From positions 1-15,496 of the IMG/VR virus record IMGVR_UViG_2619619053_000002: DNA of 15,496 nucleotides; one strand, written 5' to 3'. Every line of letters begins with the position of its first letter. Position 1 is the stretch's first letter. The position numbers and the translations under genes are program-made. Positions 1-7,247 of the stretch are shown piece after piece. This DNA is from a virus. Under the pieces are notes generated by a model that worked only from the letters and a program-made list of their open reading frames with translations, ran no database searches and was not told where the DNA came from.

Positions 1-90
1 GCTCCGCCCCCCGCAAATCCCAACGGCGCCGGACGGCGCCATCATCTCAGGAAGGACGCTACTGGCGGATGGGCGGGCGGCGCGAAGCGA
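1..90. repeat. Terminal direct repeat, left copy (identical to 15407-15496)
   Basis: Base-by-base comparison: gctccgccccccgcaaatcccaacggcgccggacggcgccatcatctcaggaaggacgctactggcggatgggcgggcggcgcgaagcga occurs at both ends. Confidence 0.95.
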
Positions 91-131
91 GCCGAAGGGC
101 GACACCGCCAACGGACAGAAGCGCCCGGGCA

Positions 132-159
132 TTTGCAGTTTCTAAAGGTTTGTGATAGT
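132..159 (+). promoter_or_regulatory. Candidate sigma70-type promoter for the long + strand array
   Basis: TTTGCA (132-137), a 16-nt spacer, then TGtGATAGT (151-159, extended -10 like). It sits in the first AT-richer island after the GC-rich repeats. The match is only moderate. Confidence 0.25.
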
Positions 160-174
160 TTGGTGGCATGCCTG

Positions 175-196
175 AGTATTGTCCTAAGTATTGTCC
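175..196. repeat. Two direct copies of AGTATTGTCC, 12-bp period
   Basis: AGTATTGTCC at 175-184 and 187-196, just downstream of the candidate promoter. Confidence 0.8.
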
Positions 197-309
197 CTGG
201 TGTCGTGAGGTAGTGATTCGTGGCGTTGGCTGGTGCTACGAGTGTCAGGTCTGTATCTGGTGTTGCGCTGAATGCCCCGAGAATGAGCAGTCTGTTAAGT
301 GGTGGGTGG

Positions 310-639
310 ATGATGCCAATCAGTCCTGAGAGGCGCAAGCTGTATCCGCGCAACTGGAAAGAGATCAGCTTGCGCGTTCGGCGTGAAGCTGGCTTTCGCT
401 GTCAGTGGTGTGATGCTGGCCTGGGCGAAGCTCATCCTGTGACGGGAAGCAAGGTGGTCTTGAGTGTACACCATCTCAATCATCTGCCAGAGGATTGTCG
501 TCGTGCCAACTTGGTGGCGCTGTGTCAACGGTGTCACTTGAAAGAGGACATGCGAGCGCACGTGATCAATCGGCGTGTGAATGCTGCTCGTCGTGAGCGT
601 GAAGCAGGTGAGGCGGCTGGTCAGATGCTATTGCTGTAG
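310..639 (+). CDS. HNH (His-Me finger) endonuclease, packaging-associated
   Basis: CQWC ... VHHLNH ... N ... CQRCH zinc-finger HNH pattern. Tandem ATGs at 310/313 are preceded by GGTGGGTGG. The gene lies directly upstream of the terminase genes. Upstream in-frame starts (GTG 220, ATG 283) cannot be excluded. Confidence 0.85.
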   Translation: MMPISPERRKLYPRNWKEISLRVRREAGFRCQWCDAGLGEAHPVTGSKVVLSVHHLNHLPEDCRRANLVALCQRCHLKEDMRAHVINRRVNAARREREAGEAAGQMLLL

Positions 640-722
640 ATGGCAGTAGGGCGTTGTTGCTAGAATGTTGGTTTTTTGAGCTTGCGCGATGGGCTGGCCC
701 CTCGTAAAATCTGGGGGAAAAT

Positions 723-1004
723 TTGCAAAAACCGGAAACATGGGATGATTTTGAGGCGCTTGCGCAAGATTTTACTAAATTAGAAGCGGCTTTGCGGGTG
801 CGTTTAGTAGAGATCGCGTTTGGGAACGGCGGCTCGGCGCAATGCCGGGCGATAGAGACCTTAATCGGCATGCCAGCGGTAGCGGGTGACGATGACATTG
901 CAGAAGGCGAACATGACGGTCTTGAATCACTGGCCCTCAGATATTTACAGTCGCGCGGATTTGTTGTCTCGCGCCCTGCGGACATCAGCGCGGACAAGTC
1001 TTAA
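723..1004 (+). CDS. Hypothetical protein in the small-terminase position (93 aa)
   Basis: TTG start preceded by GGGGGA (713-718). It lies immediately upstream of, and overlaps, the large terminase ORF. The assignment is positional only; I recognise no motif. Confidence 0.45.
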   Translation: MQKPETWDDFEALAQDFTKLEAALRVRLVEIAFGNGGSAQCRAIETLIGMPAVAGDDDIAEGEHDGLESLALRYLQSRGFVVSRPADISADKS

Positions 1005-2316
1005 GTCCTTCGTTCTGTACACAATGCCTGAATATGATTTGCAGCCGCATCATGACTTGATGATGTCTGCGATACAGCAAGAAATTGAGCGCCCTGACGG
1101 GCGCTTATATATTGGCATGCCGCCGCGCCATGGAAAGAGCGAAACCGGCACGATTCGGACCATCGCCTGGCATATTGGGTGCTGGCCTTGGAAGCAGGTC
1201 GTATTGTTGTGCTACGGCAGCGAGCTGGCGGCGGAATTCAGTCGGCGGATCCGGGCTATGGTGCGTGATGATCGTCTGTATCGTCATGTCTTCCCGCATG
1301 TAGGTCTCGATCCTGAGCGGGCGAAATTGCTTGATTGGAAGACGACGGCGGGCGGTGGTCTCAAGTCTCTTGGCGTCCAGGGCGGCATCACCGGACACGG
1401 CGCGGATTTCATGGTGATAGATGACCCGCATAAAGAGGGCGACGCGGAAAGTCTGACGACGCTCGACCAGATTTACGATTGGTATGTAACGGCGGCGAGA
1501 ACAAGGTTAAGTCCAGGGGCGTCGATCGTCTTTATTATGACGCGCTGGCATATGCTGGATTTGGCGGGGCGGCTGTTGGATGCAAAAGATAGCGACCAGT
1601 GGCGGCAAATTGTCTTGCCGGCGCTGGCGGAAGATGGGGATCTGCTTGGACGCGAGCCGGGACAAGCATTGTGGCCAGGTCGGTTTGATCGCGCGAATTT
1701 ATTGGCGATAAAAGCGCTGAACGATCGGTATTTTCAGGCCTTGTATCAGAATAATCCGCGCGGCGCGGATGATTTGATGTTCGATGTCTCTCGTGTGGAG
1801 TGGATTGACGCGGAGCCAGGCGAGTCGGCGTTCTGGACCTGCGATCTGGCGACGTCACGGCTGGAAACGGCGGATTATACAGTGTTGGCGCGGTGGAAGT
1901 ATGACAAGGATCGTTTATTTTTGCTGCAGAATTATCGGGAGCGGGAAACATTCGCGGCGGTGCGGCGGCGTCTTTTGGAGATTTCTGAGAAATATCCGGA
2001 TGATAAGATTGTCTTCCCCAAAGAGGTCTTGGAACTCTTAATGCTGAAGGATTTAGGTCGCGAAGTTGGCGCGGGGCGGCTTAAGGAAGTGAGCATGAAG
2101 GGCGACAAGGTGCAGAAGGCGATACCGGTCTCGACCCTTGTCGCGAACGATCGCTTTGTGGCGACGCCAAGTAAAGAGAATGATTATTTTGTGAGCGAGT
2201 TAGGCTTGTTTCCCCAGGGTCGCTTTGATGACTGTGTGGACGCGGCGGCAGTGGCGGCGCATTGGGTGGGCGTACCACGCGAATTTGAATTCTTTATGGG
2301 TGGGGGGGCGTCGTGA
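913..2316 (+). CDS. terL: Terminase large subunit
   Basis: Walker A-like GMPPRHGKSE, Walker B-like FMVIDDPH, and C-terminal nuclease-like acidic motifs (WTCDLATS, DDCVDAAAVAAHW). The start is ambiguous: GTG 886, ATG 892, or ATG 913 (GAAGG 5 nt upstream). Confidence 0.9.
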   Translation: MTVLNHWPSDIYSRADLLSRALRTSARTSLKSFVLYTMPEYDLQPHHDLMMSAIQQEIERPDGRLYIGMPPRHGKSETGTIRTIAWHIGCWPWKQVVLLCYGSELAAEFSRRIRAMVRDDRLYRHVFPHVGLDPERAKLLDWKTTAGGGLKSLGVQGGITGHGADFMVIDDPHKEGDAESLTTLDQIYDWYVTAARTRLSPGASIVFIMTRWHMLDLAGRLLDAKDSDQWRQIVLPALAEDGDLLGREPGQALWPGRFDRANLLAIKALNDRYFQALYQNNPRGADDLMFDVSRVEWIDAEPGESAFWTCDLATSRLETADYTVLARWKYDKDRLFLLQNYRERETFAAVRRRLLEISEKYPDDKIVFPKEVLELLMLKDLGREVGAGRLKEVSMKGDKVQKAIPVSTLVANDRFVATPSKENDYFVSELGLFPQGRFDDCVDAAAVAAHWVGVPREFEFFMGGGAS

Positions 2317-2516
2317 GTGATAAGTGGTTTCCTGATTGGTGGGGGCAGGAAGATCCGCGGAGTAAGCCGGTAGAGGTCGATAAATTTGAGTTAGTGGTAG
2401 CGCAGGTGGAATTTCTGCGGCAGGAGTTGGCGACGCTCATACGGGTTACGTCAGATATGAAATCGGAGCTGAGTCGCTTGCGGGAGGATTTAGAGGATCG
2501 CAATGGGAGTGATTGA
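2313..2516 (+). CDS. Small coiled-coil protein (67 aa) between terminase and portal
   Basis: GTG start in a GTGA overlap with the terL stop, with a G7 run upstream as RBS. It has a heptad-like charged C-terminus (LRQELATL...LSRLREDLE). Its position and size match lambda gpW, but I see no sequence resemblance. Confidence 0.6.
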   Translation: MSDKWFPDWWGQEDPRSKPVEVDKFELVVAQVEFLRQELATLIRVTSDMKSELSRLREDLEDRNGSD

Positions 2517-3708
2517 TCGGTTCCGGGCGCTTTTTCGCGCTGGCGGCGAGCGCACCGTAGAAAGCGGCAGCGGTCGTCGGGTAGCAGACATTCATGACGC
2601 GCCGGAGTGGATGTGGGTCGCGAATCCTGATTTCACGGATTATCTGGCGACCTATGCGTATCGAGAGTGGTTTTCCACGGCGATCGATCGCGTCGCTGAG
2701 ATGTGCGTCTCGGTACCGATGGTCGTGCGCGAATCTGAAGGCTTTGGTCTGCGCCCGGAGCATCCGCTGTTGGGATTGCTAGGGACTTACGGCCAGGCGA
2801 ATCGCCATCAGGATAGCTTTGAGTTTTTGGAGTCGCATTTCCGCCGTATGGACATATTCGGCAATGATGTCTGGTATTGGGTGTCGCGGGGTGGCGGCGC
2901 TCCTGACGAAGTATATCAGCTCGATTTGCGGACGCTGACGATACGGGTCATCGATGGCGAGCAGTGGTATATCTATAATGTCGGCGGTGTTGAGTATCGG
3001 ATATCGCCTGAGCAAGTGACGCATTTCAAGCGGGCGAATGTGGTGGCCAGCGGCGCGTTTTGGGGTCTGTCCGCGATAGACAAGCTGCGGAATGTGGCGA
3101 ATACGGATCGGTATATGACCAAGTTTCAGCAGGAATTCTTTCGGACGGGTGCGCCAAGCGGCATTATCATCGTCGATGCGGGTGAGGTGGATAGCAAGCA
3201 AGCCAAGTTAATCGAGACGGAATTCCACGAAAGCGCGGATGCCGGTCGGCGGTTGGCGGTCATACGCGCAAATGCTGGCAGCGCGGTTTGGAATGAGGCG
3301 GGCGCAAAGCAGCGCGATATGGATTTTGAGAAGGGGCGGCTGCTGACTCGTCAAGCGGCCTTCGATGCTTTGGGATTTCATGTCGGGGCGGTCTCTGAAG
3401 CGTCGACAGAAGCGCATGCGCGGGTGGCGGAAGCGTTGGTACGGGAAAGCGCCTGGACTCGGCACCGGCGTACGGCAAGCGCCTTGAATACGGTATTGCA
3501 GTTTTGGCCGGCGTCGCGGGGTCTGCGCGTAGATTTTGAGGATGTCCGGGCGACGGATTGGGAACGGGAGTCGAAGAAGCTGCAAGCTGTCAGTCCGTTC
3601 ATGACCATAAATGAGGTTCGTTCGTCGTATCTCGGTCTTGGTCCTATAGCCGGCGGGGATGTCTTCGCTCGCCAGGGGGTGCGTAATGTCACAGACTCTG
3701 TGCGCTAG
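2503..3708 (+). CDS. Portal protein (HK97/SPP1-like family)
   Basis: 401 aa, directly after terL. Contains portal-like stretches (EHPLLGLL, FGNDVWYW, ISPEQVTHFK). Order and size are typical for a portal. Confidence 0.8.
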   Translation: MGVIDRFRALFRAGGERTVESGSGRRVADIHDAPEWMWVANPDFTDYLATYAYREWFSTAIDRVAEMCVSVPMVVRESEGFGLRPEHPLLGLLGTYGQANRHQDSFEFLESHFRRMDIFGNDVWYWVSRGGGAPDEVYQLDLRTLTIRVIDGEQWYIYNVGGVEYRISPEQVTHFKRANVVASGAFWGLSAIDKLRNVANTDRYMTKFQQEFFRTGAPSGIIIVDAGEVDSKQAKLIETEFHESADAGRRLAVIRANAGSAVWNEAGAKQRDMDFEKGRLLTRQAAFDALGFHVGAVSEASTEAHARVAEALVRESAWTRHRRTASALNTVLQFWPASRGLRVDFEDVRATDWERESKKLQAVSPFMTINEVRSSYLGLGPIAGGDVFARQGVRNVTDSVR

Positions 3709-3937
3709 ATGCAGGTTGCGAATTGTTCTTGAGGCGGATTGCGCATGGTCTCGTTTATCTATGGATCAGCGCAAGTATTTGGAGACAAACGGCGTCAGTC
3801 CTTCGAAGTATTGCGGTTATCGAGCGGTAGAGTATGAGCGCTGGTCGGAAGAGCAGGGTTTGGGCGACGGGATTAAAGGGTTTGGGCGATGGGATTCATC
3901 GGAATCGGTTTCATGTTTGTATGGTCTTGATTCATAG
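3686..3937 (+). CDS. Hypothetical small Cys-containing protein (83 aa)
   Basis: ATG 3686 is preceded by GGGGG and overlaps the portal stop. Has CxxC plus two more Cys. Coding status is uncertain because a 19-bp direct repeat with a 22-bp, non-codon period lies inside it. Confidence 0.4.
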   Translation: MSQTLCARCRLRIVLEADCAWSRLSMDQRKYLETNGVSPSKYCGYRAVEYERWSEEQGLGDGIKGFGRWDSSESVSCLYGLDS

Positions 3938-4071
3938 CGCGTTTTTTACCAGTAAGCGCGCGCCGCGCCCGAAGGGCAGCGCCGCCGCAGGGTGTGGTGG
4001 GCGTAGGGCAGGCGGCGGCGCGGCGCGCGATCAAAAGTTTTTGTCAAACTTTTTTCAAAAAGTTTGTGGGG

Positions 4072-4090
4072 TCTGGGGCGAAGCCCCAGA
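4072..4090 (+). promoter_or_regulatory. Stem-loop immediately upstream of the capsid gene RBS
   Basis: tctggggc / gaa / gccccaga, an 8-bp perfect stem. It is followed by GGGGGG and ATG 4108. Confidence 0.6.
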
Positions 4091-4107
4091 TGTGGGGGGC
4101 TAGAGCA

Positions 4108-6198
4108 ATGTCAATAATTACACGGACGGGTGATTTCGTTGAAGGCACTCTCGTTCCGTTCGCCGGGCCGGATGATGACGGCTTTGGGACCTGGTGGGAC
4201 GCGGATACTGATTTCGCCTTGGATCTGTACGCCCCGCATGCGTTGTTGTATTTGCACGGCGTGAAAGATCTCAAGCAGCACGGGCGTTTGCGAGATTTCG
4301 GGATTGAAGCTGATGGGCTGCATGTGCGCGGACAAATCACGCGCCGCGACAGTCCGATTTATGCGCTTGTCGACAGTGGACAAGCGGCATGGAGCAGTGG
4401 CAGCATGGCTGGCGTGGCGTCACCGGCGCGGATGGATGGCTATATCGCGCGTTGGCCAATTGTTGAAGGCAGCATCGCCCATCATCGCGTCGTGGTAGCG
4501 CGGCATGGTCTGACGAAGGCGGATTATGTTCGCGCGGGCGTTGGTGTGCGCGGGGGCGGTCAGTATTTACGAAGTGTTTGGACGGGAGCGAGTTTCATGG
4601 AGACAGCACAACAGGAAGGGCAGCAGGAAGCGCAGCATGAAGGGCAGCAGGAAGCGCAGCATGAAGGGCAGCAGGAAGCGCAGCAGGGCCAGCAGCAGGA
4701 AGCGCAGCAAGCGCAGCAGCAGGGCGCGCAAGGCGGCGCGACGGATGAAATGGCGGAGTTCCGCGCGTGGCAGGCGGAACGGGACAAAGAGAAGCGCAAA
4801 GAGGAAATGCGCGCCATGCTGGAAGAATTAGGCATAGTGCCGGAAGGCGAGAAGCCGGCGCGGGCGCTTCCGAAGGAAGGCGCGAAATCGCCAGTTAATC
4901 AGCAGGACCCGGTGATTCGCGTCGCGAGTCCATATGACCAGGTGTCGTTGCTGGGCATGGCGATGCACTATGAGGGCAAGGCGGCGTTTCGCAGCAGAAG
5001 CAATGATACGATGGCGGAATTTGACGACAAGTATTTTCGGGCGCTGGCCTACAAGGTTGAGGATCAGTGGAAGAAGGACAAAGAGGTTGAGCAAGAGTGG
5101 ATACCGACGTCGCAAGGGTTTCTCGAAGTGATTCCGATGCGAGCGATCGATTATCAGACGTACCGGAATTGGAATAATGCCATACCGAATTTGCGGGCGG
5201 ATGAAGCGATGATGTCGACGCTGGCGAATAAAGGGGATGAACTTGTTCCGACCTTGCTCTCGTCGTCTTTGTATTACTTCATGCGCCTGGAATCGATGGT
5301 CGCGCCATTGTTCCGAACTTTCAGGATGCCTAGCCAGCCCTTTGATTATCCGAAGATTACCAGCGGGCCGACCTTCGTGCGCGGGGCCGAGTTGCAGGAT
5401 TCCACGAATTTCAATATAGCAAATTCGAATATCGATTACTCGCAAATTGGCACGGACAAGGTGACGTTCACGGCGGGCAAGCTGTCGGCGATTACGTTGT
5501 ACAGTGAGGAATTGGTAGAGGATTCGACCGTTGCCTGGGCGGAGGCCGCGGCGCGGGTTTACGTGGAAGAGATGGCGCATGCCTTCGATTTCGTTATTCT
5601 GAATGGCGATATGGACGCGAACGCCACCAATATCAGTTTCTATGGCACGAATCCGAATTCTGCGATTGAGACTAAGCGGATTTTGACCTTTGACGGCATC
5701 CGTAAGAAGATTGCGGCCGCTGATCAAGTTGCCGTCGCCGACATCGCGGACGATTCTATCTTGGGCGTGATGGCGACGATGGGCAATCGCGGCATTATTG
5801 GTCGGGATATTGGTAATTTGGTCTGCATCGGTCCACCAGAGGTGGGTTACAAGCTGGACGCGCTGGATGCCTATGAAGGATTGGACAAGGTCGGCTCGCA
5901 AGCAACCTTGTTGAGCGGTCAGTTGGGCTTCTGGCGTTCGGTCCCTGTAATCATCACTGAGGAATTTCCGCAGACGGACGCCAATGGGCGCGTAGATGAT
6001 ACAGCGTCGGAGAATAGCAAGGGCGCCTGGGTGGTAGCGAATCGCAATGCCATCATGATTGGTATGCGACGTATGCCCATGATCGAGCAAGGGCGTCAGC
6101 CCGGCGTTGATGGTCGTTTCATCACGGCGTCGCTGCGAGCGGACGTGAATTTGATGGAGCCAGGCGCGGCGGCAATGGGCTACAACTCGACAGTTTAG
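4108..6198 (+). CDS. Fused prohead protease - Q/E-rich scaffold - HK97-fold major capsid protein (696 aa)
   Basis: The N-terminal ~160 aa resembles S78/HK97-type prohead protease (LLYLHG ... DGLHVRGQI ... WSSGS, His-Ser spacing about 47 aa). The middle is a QQEAQ repeat and charged coiled-coil (EMAEFRAWQAERDKEKRKEEMRAMLEEL). The C-terminus is HK97 MCP-like (FTAGKLSAITLYSEELVEDS ... FDFVILNGD). ATG 4108 has a G-rich RBS; the upstream extension to 3994 is rejected. Confidence 0.85.
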   Translation: MSIITRTGDFVEGTLVPFAGPDDDGFGTWWDADTDFALDLYAPHALLYLHGVKDLKQHGRLRDFGIEADGLHVRGQITRRDSPIYALVDSGQAAWSSGSMAGVASPARMDGYIARWPIVEGSIAHHRVVVARHGLTKADYVRAGVGVRGGGQYLRSVWTGASFMETAQQEGQQEAQHEGQQEAQHEGQQEAQQGQQQEAQQAQQQGAQGGATDEMAEFRAWQAERDKEKRKEEMRAMLEELGIVPEGEKPARALPKEGAKSPVNQQDPVIRVASPYDQVSLLGMAMHYEGKAAFRSRSNDTMAEFDDKYFRALAYKVEDQWKKDKEVEQEWIPTSQGFLEVIPMRAIDYQTYRNWNNAIPNLRADEAMMSTLANKGDELVPTLLSSSLYYFMRLESMVAPLFRTFRMPSQPFDYPKITSGPTFVRGAELQDSTNFNIANSNIDYSQIGTDKVTFTAGKLSAITLYSEELVEDSTVAWAEAAARVYVEEMAHAFDFVILNGDMDANATNISFYGTNPNSAIETKRILTFDGIRKKIAAADQVAVADIADDSILGVMATMGNRGIIGRDIGNLVCIGPPEVGYKLDALDAYEGLDKVGSQATLLSGQLGFWRSVPVIITEEFPQTDANGRVDDTASENSKGAWVVANRNAIMIGMRRMPMIEQGRQPGVDGRFITASLRADVNLMEPGAAAMGYNSTV
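4615..4686 (+). repeat. 24-bp in-frame tandem repeat x3 (GAAGGGCAGCAGGAAGCGCAGCAT), degenerating into CAG/GCG-rich sequence up to about 4735
   Basis: Units at 4615-4638, 4639-4662 and 4663-4686 (last base differs). They encode (E)GQQEAQH repeats. Confidence 0.9.
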
Positions 6199-6261
6199 GG
6201 GGTACTGAGATGCCCTGTGTCCTTTTTTAAGCGAAATTGAACCGGTTGTCTGGGGTCGAAA

Positions 6262-6810
6262 ATGGCATATCCCACGCTGACTGAGATAAAAGCGCGTCTT
6301 GCCATCACCGGCACGGCGCAAGACGATCTTCTGCAGCATTCCCTGAATGTGGCGCGGGGGGCTGTGGAGTCGTATTGCGGTTATCGCTGGGGCCTGGTAG
6401 ACAGTGAGGCGCGCTTGTTTCAGCGTTCGTATTATAGCGGCCGGAAGTCCGTCTTTGACGTCTCTGATCCGGGCTTGTTGAGTTACACGGATTTAACGGT
6501 CAGCAGGGGCGGCACTGAGCGAACACCGAGGGATGACGACGTGTTGCTGGTGCGGTACAGCAGGACAGGGACGGGCCCCTGGGACTTGTTTCGCGTGAAT
6601 GGCGATTGGGATGAAGTATCCATAAGGGGTATCTGGGGACAGGGGACGGAGCCACCGTCAGAGGTAGCAGAGGCGGTCATGATCGTCGCGATGGGCGTGT
6701 TCACGGAAGGTTATCGCGTGGGGTCTGGCGGTGAAGCGTCTGATGCTACGTTGGACATCGGGAGCGGTCTGGTCGGATTTTTGTTGAGCGGTCATAGGAG
6801 GGCGCGGTGA
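6262..6810 (+). CDS. gp6-like head-tail connector/adaptor protein
   Basis: The N-terminus MAYPTLTEIKARLAITGTAQDDLLQHSLNVARGAVESYCG has the typical opening of gp6-like head-tail connector proteins. It is the first gene after the capsid gene. Confidence 0.75.
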   Translation: MAYPTLTEIKARLAITGTAQDDLLQHSLNVARGAVESYCGYRWGLVDSEARLFQRSYYSGRKSVFDVSDPGLLSYTDLTVSRGGTERTPRDDDVLLVRYSRTGTGPWDLFRVNGDWDEVSIRGIWGQGTEPPSEVAEAVMIVAMGVFTEGYRVGSGGEASDATLDIGSGLVGFLLSGHRRAR

Positions 6811-7247
6811 GCGTGTCGGGAGCATTGAGCAGACTTGCGGCGCTGCGCTGTGAAGGCGTGGCGGCCGAGCAGCATTACAGTCTTGGCGCGAGCAAACCGG
6901 ATTTGGCGACCGAAGCGCTCATCTTTTATTCCTTCGCCAGTTCTGAAGGATGGGAGTTTGAGCCGGAAGATTATGACGCGGGGGCGGCGACGCTGCAGAT
7001 GGGCGTAGTGGCGACGTTGGTGATCGAACCATATCGCGGTCGCGGGCAGCCGGGCGCGGTGGCTTCCCTGCCTATGTGGATACAGCGGCTTATGGATATG
7101 TTGGCCTCAGATTTGCTTCTCGATGATAATCTGGCGCGTCCGATGTCCGGCAGGTTGCGCAAGGCGGGGGTATTGGATGGCAGTCAGTTGCGCTATCTAG
7201 GCCTCGTGATTGACTTGAATTTGCTTATCAGGATTGAAGCGTCGTGA
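6807..7247 (+). CDS. Hypothetical neck/tail structural protein (146 aa)
   Basis: GTG in a GTGA overlap with the upstream stop. AGGAGG at 6796-6801. Assigned by position in the structural array. Confidence 0.65.
   Translation: MSVSGALSRLAALRCEGVAAEQHYSLGASKPDLATEALIFYSFASSEGWEFEPEDYDAGAATLQMGVVATLVIEPYRGRGQPGAVASLPMWIQRLMDMLASDLLLDDNLARPMSGRLRKAGVLDGSQLRYLGLVIDLNLLIRIEAS

Noticed and set aside
220-309. N-terminal extension of the HNH ORF (GTG 220 or ATG 283)
   Set aside because: The extension (MALAGATSVRSVSGVALNAP...) has no HNH-family character and overlaps iteron-like DNA motifs. The ATGATG at 310/313 has a better RBS. Not fully excluded.
42-353. 103-aa minus-strand ORF across the terminal repeat and promoter region
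   Set aside because: Arg/Pro/Ala-rich product typical of GC-rich non-coding DNA. No RBS. It overlaps the repeat modules and the HNH start region.
3834-4103. 89-aa + strand ORF between portal and capsid genes
   Set aside because: Gly/Arg/Ala-rich low-complexity product spanning GC-rich and AT-rich regulatory-looking DNA. It overlaps the better-supported 3686-3937 ORF.
3994-4107. 38-aa upstream extension of the capsid ORF
   Set aside because: It would translate through the AT-rich dyad island and the 8-bp hairpin and has no RBS. ATG 4108 follows a G-rich RBS and begins the protease-like domain.
6199-6261. Terminator after the capsid gene (T6 run at 6224-6229)
   Set aside because: Only a 4-bp stem can be formed upstream of the T run. 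That is too weak to call.
4828-6339. 503-aa ORF antisense to the capsid gene
   Set aside because: Very Arg/His/Ile-rich and motif-less. It lies entirely opposite a strongly supported capsid ORF, so it is a typical shadow ORF. It also runs into the adaptor gene start.
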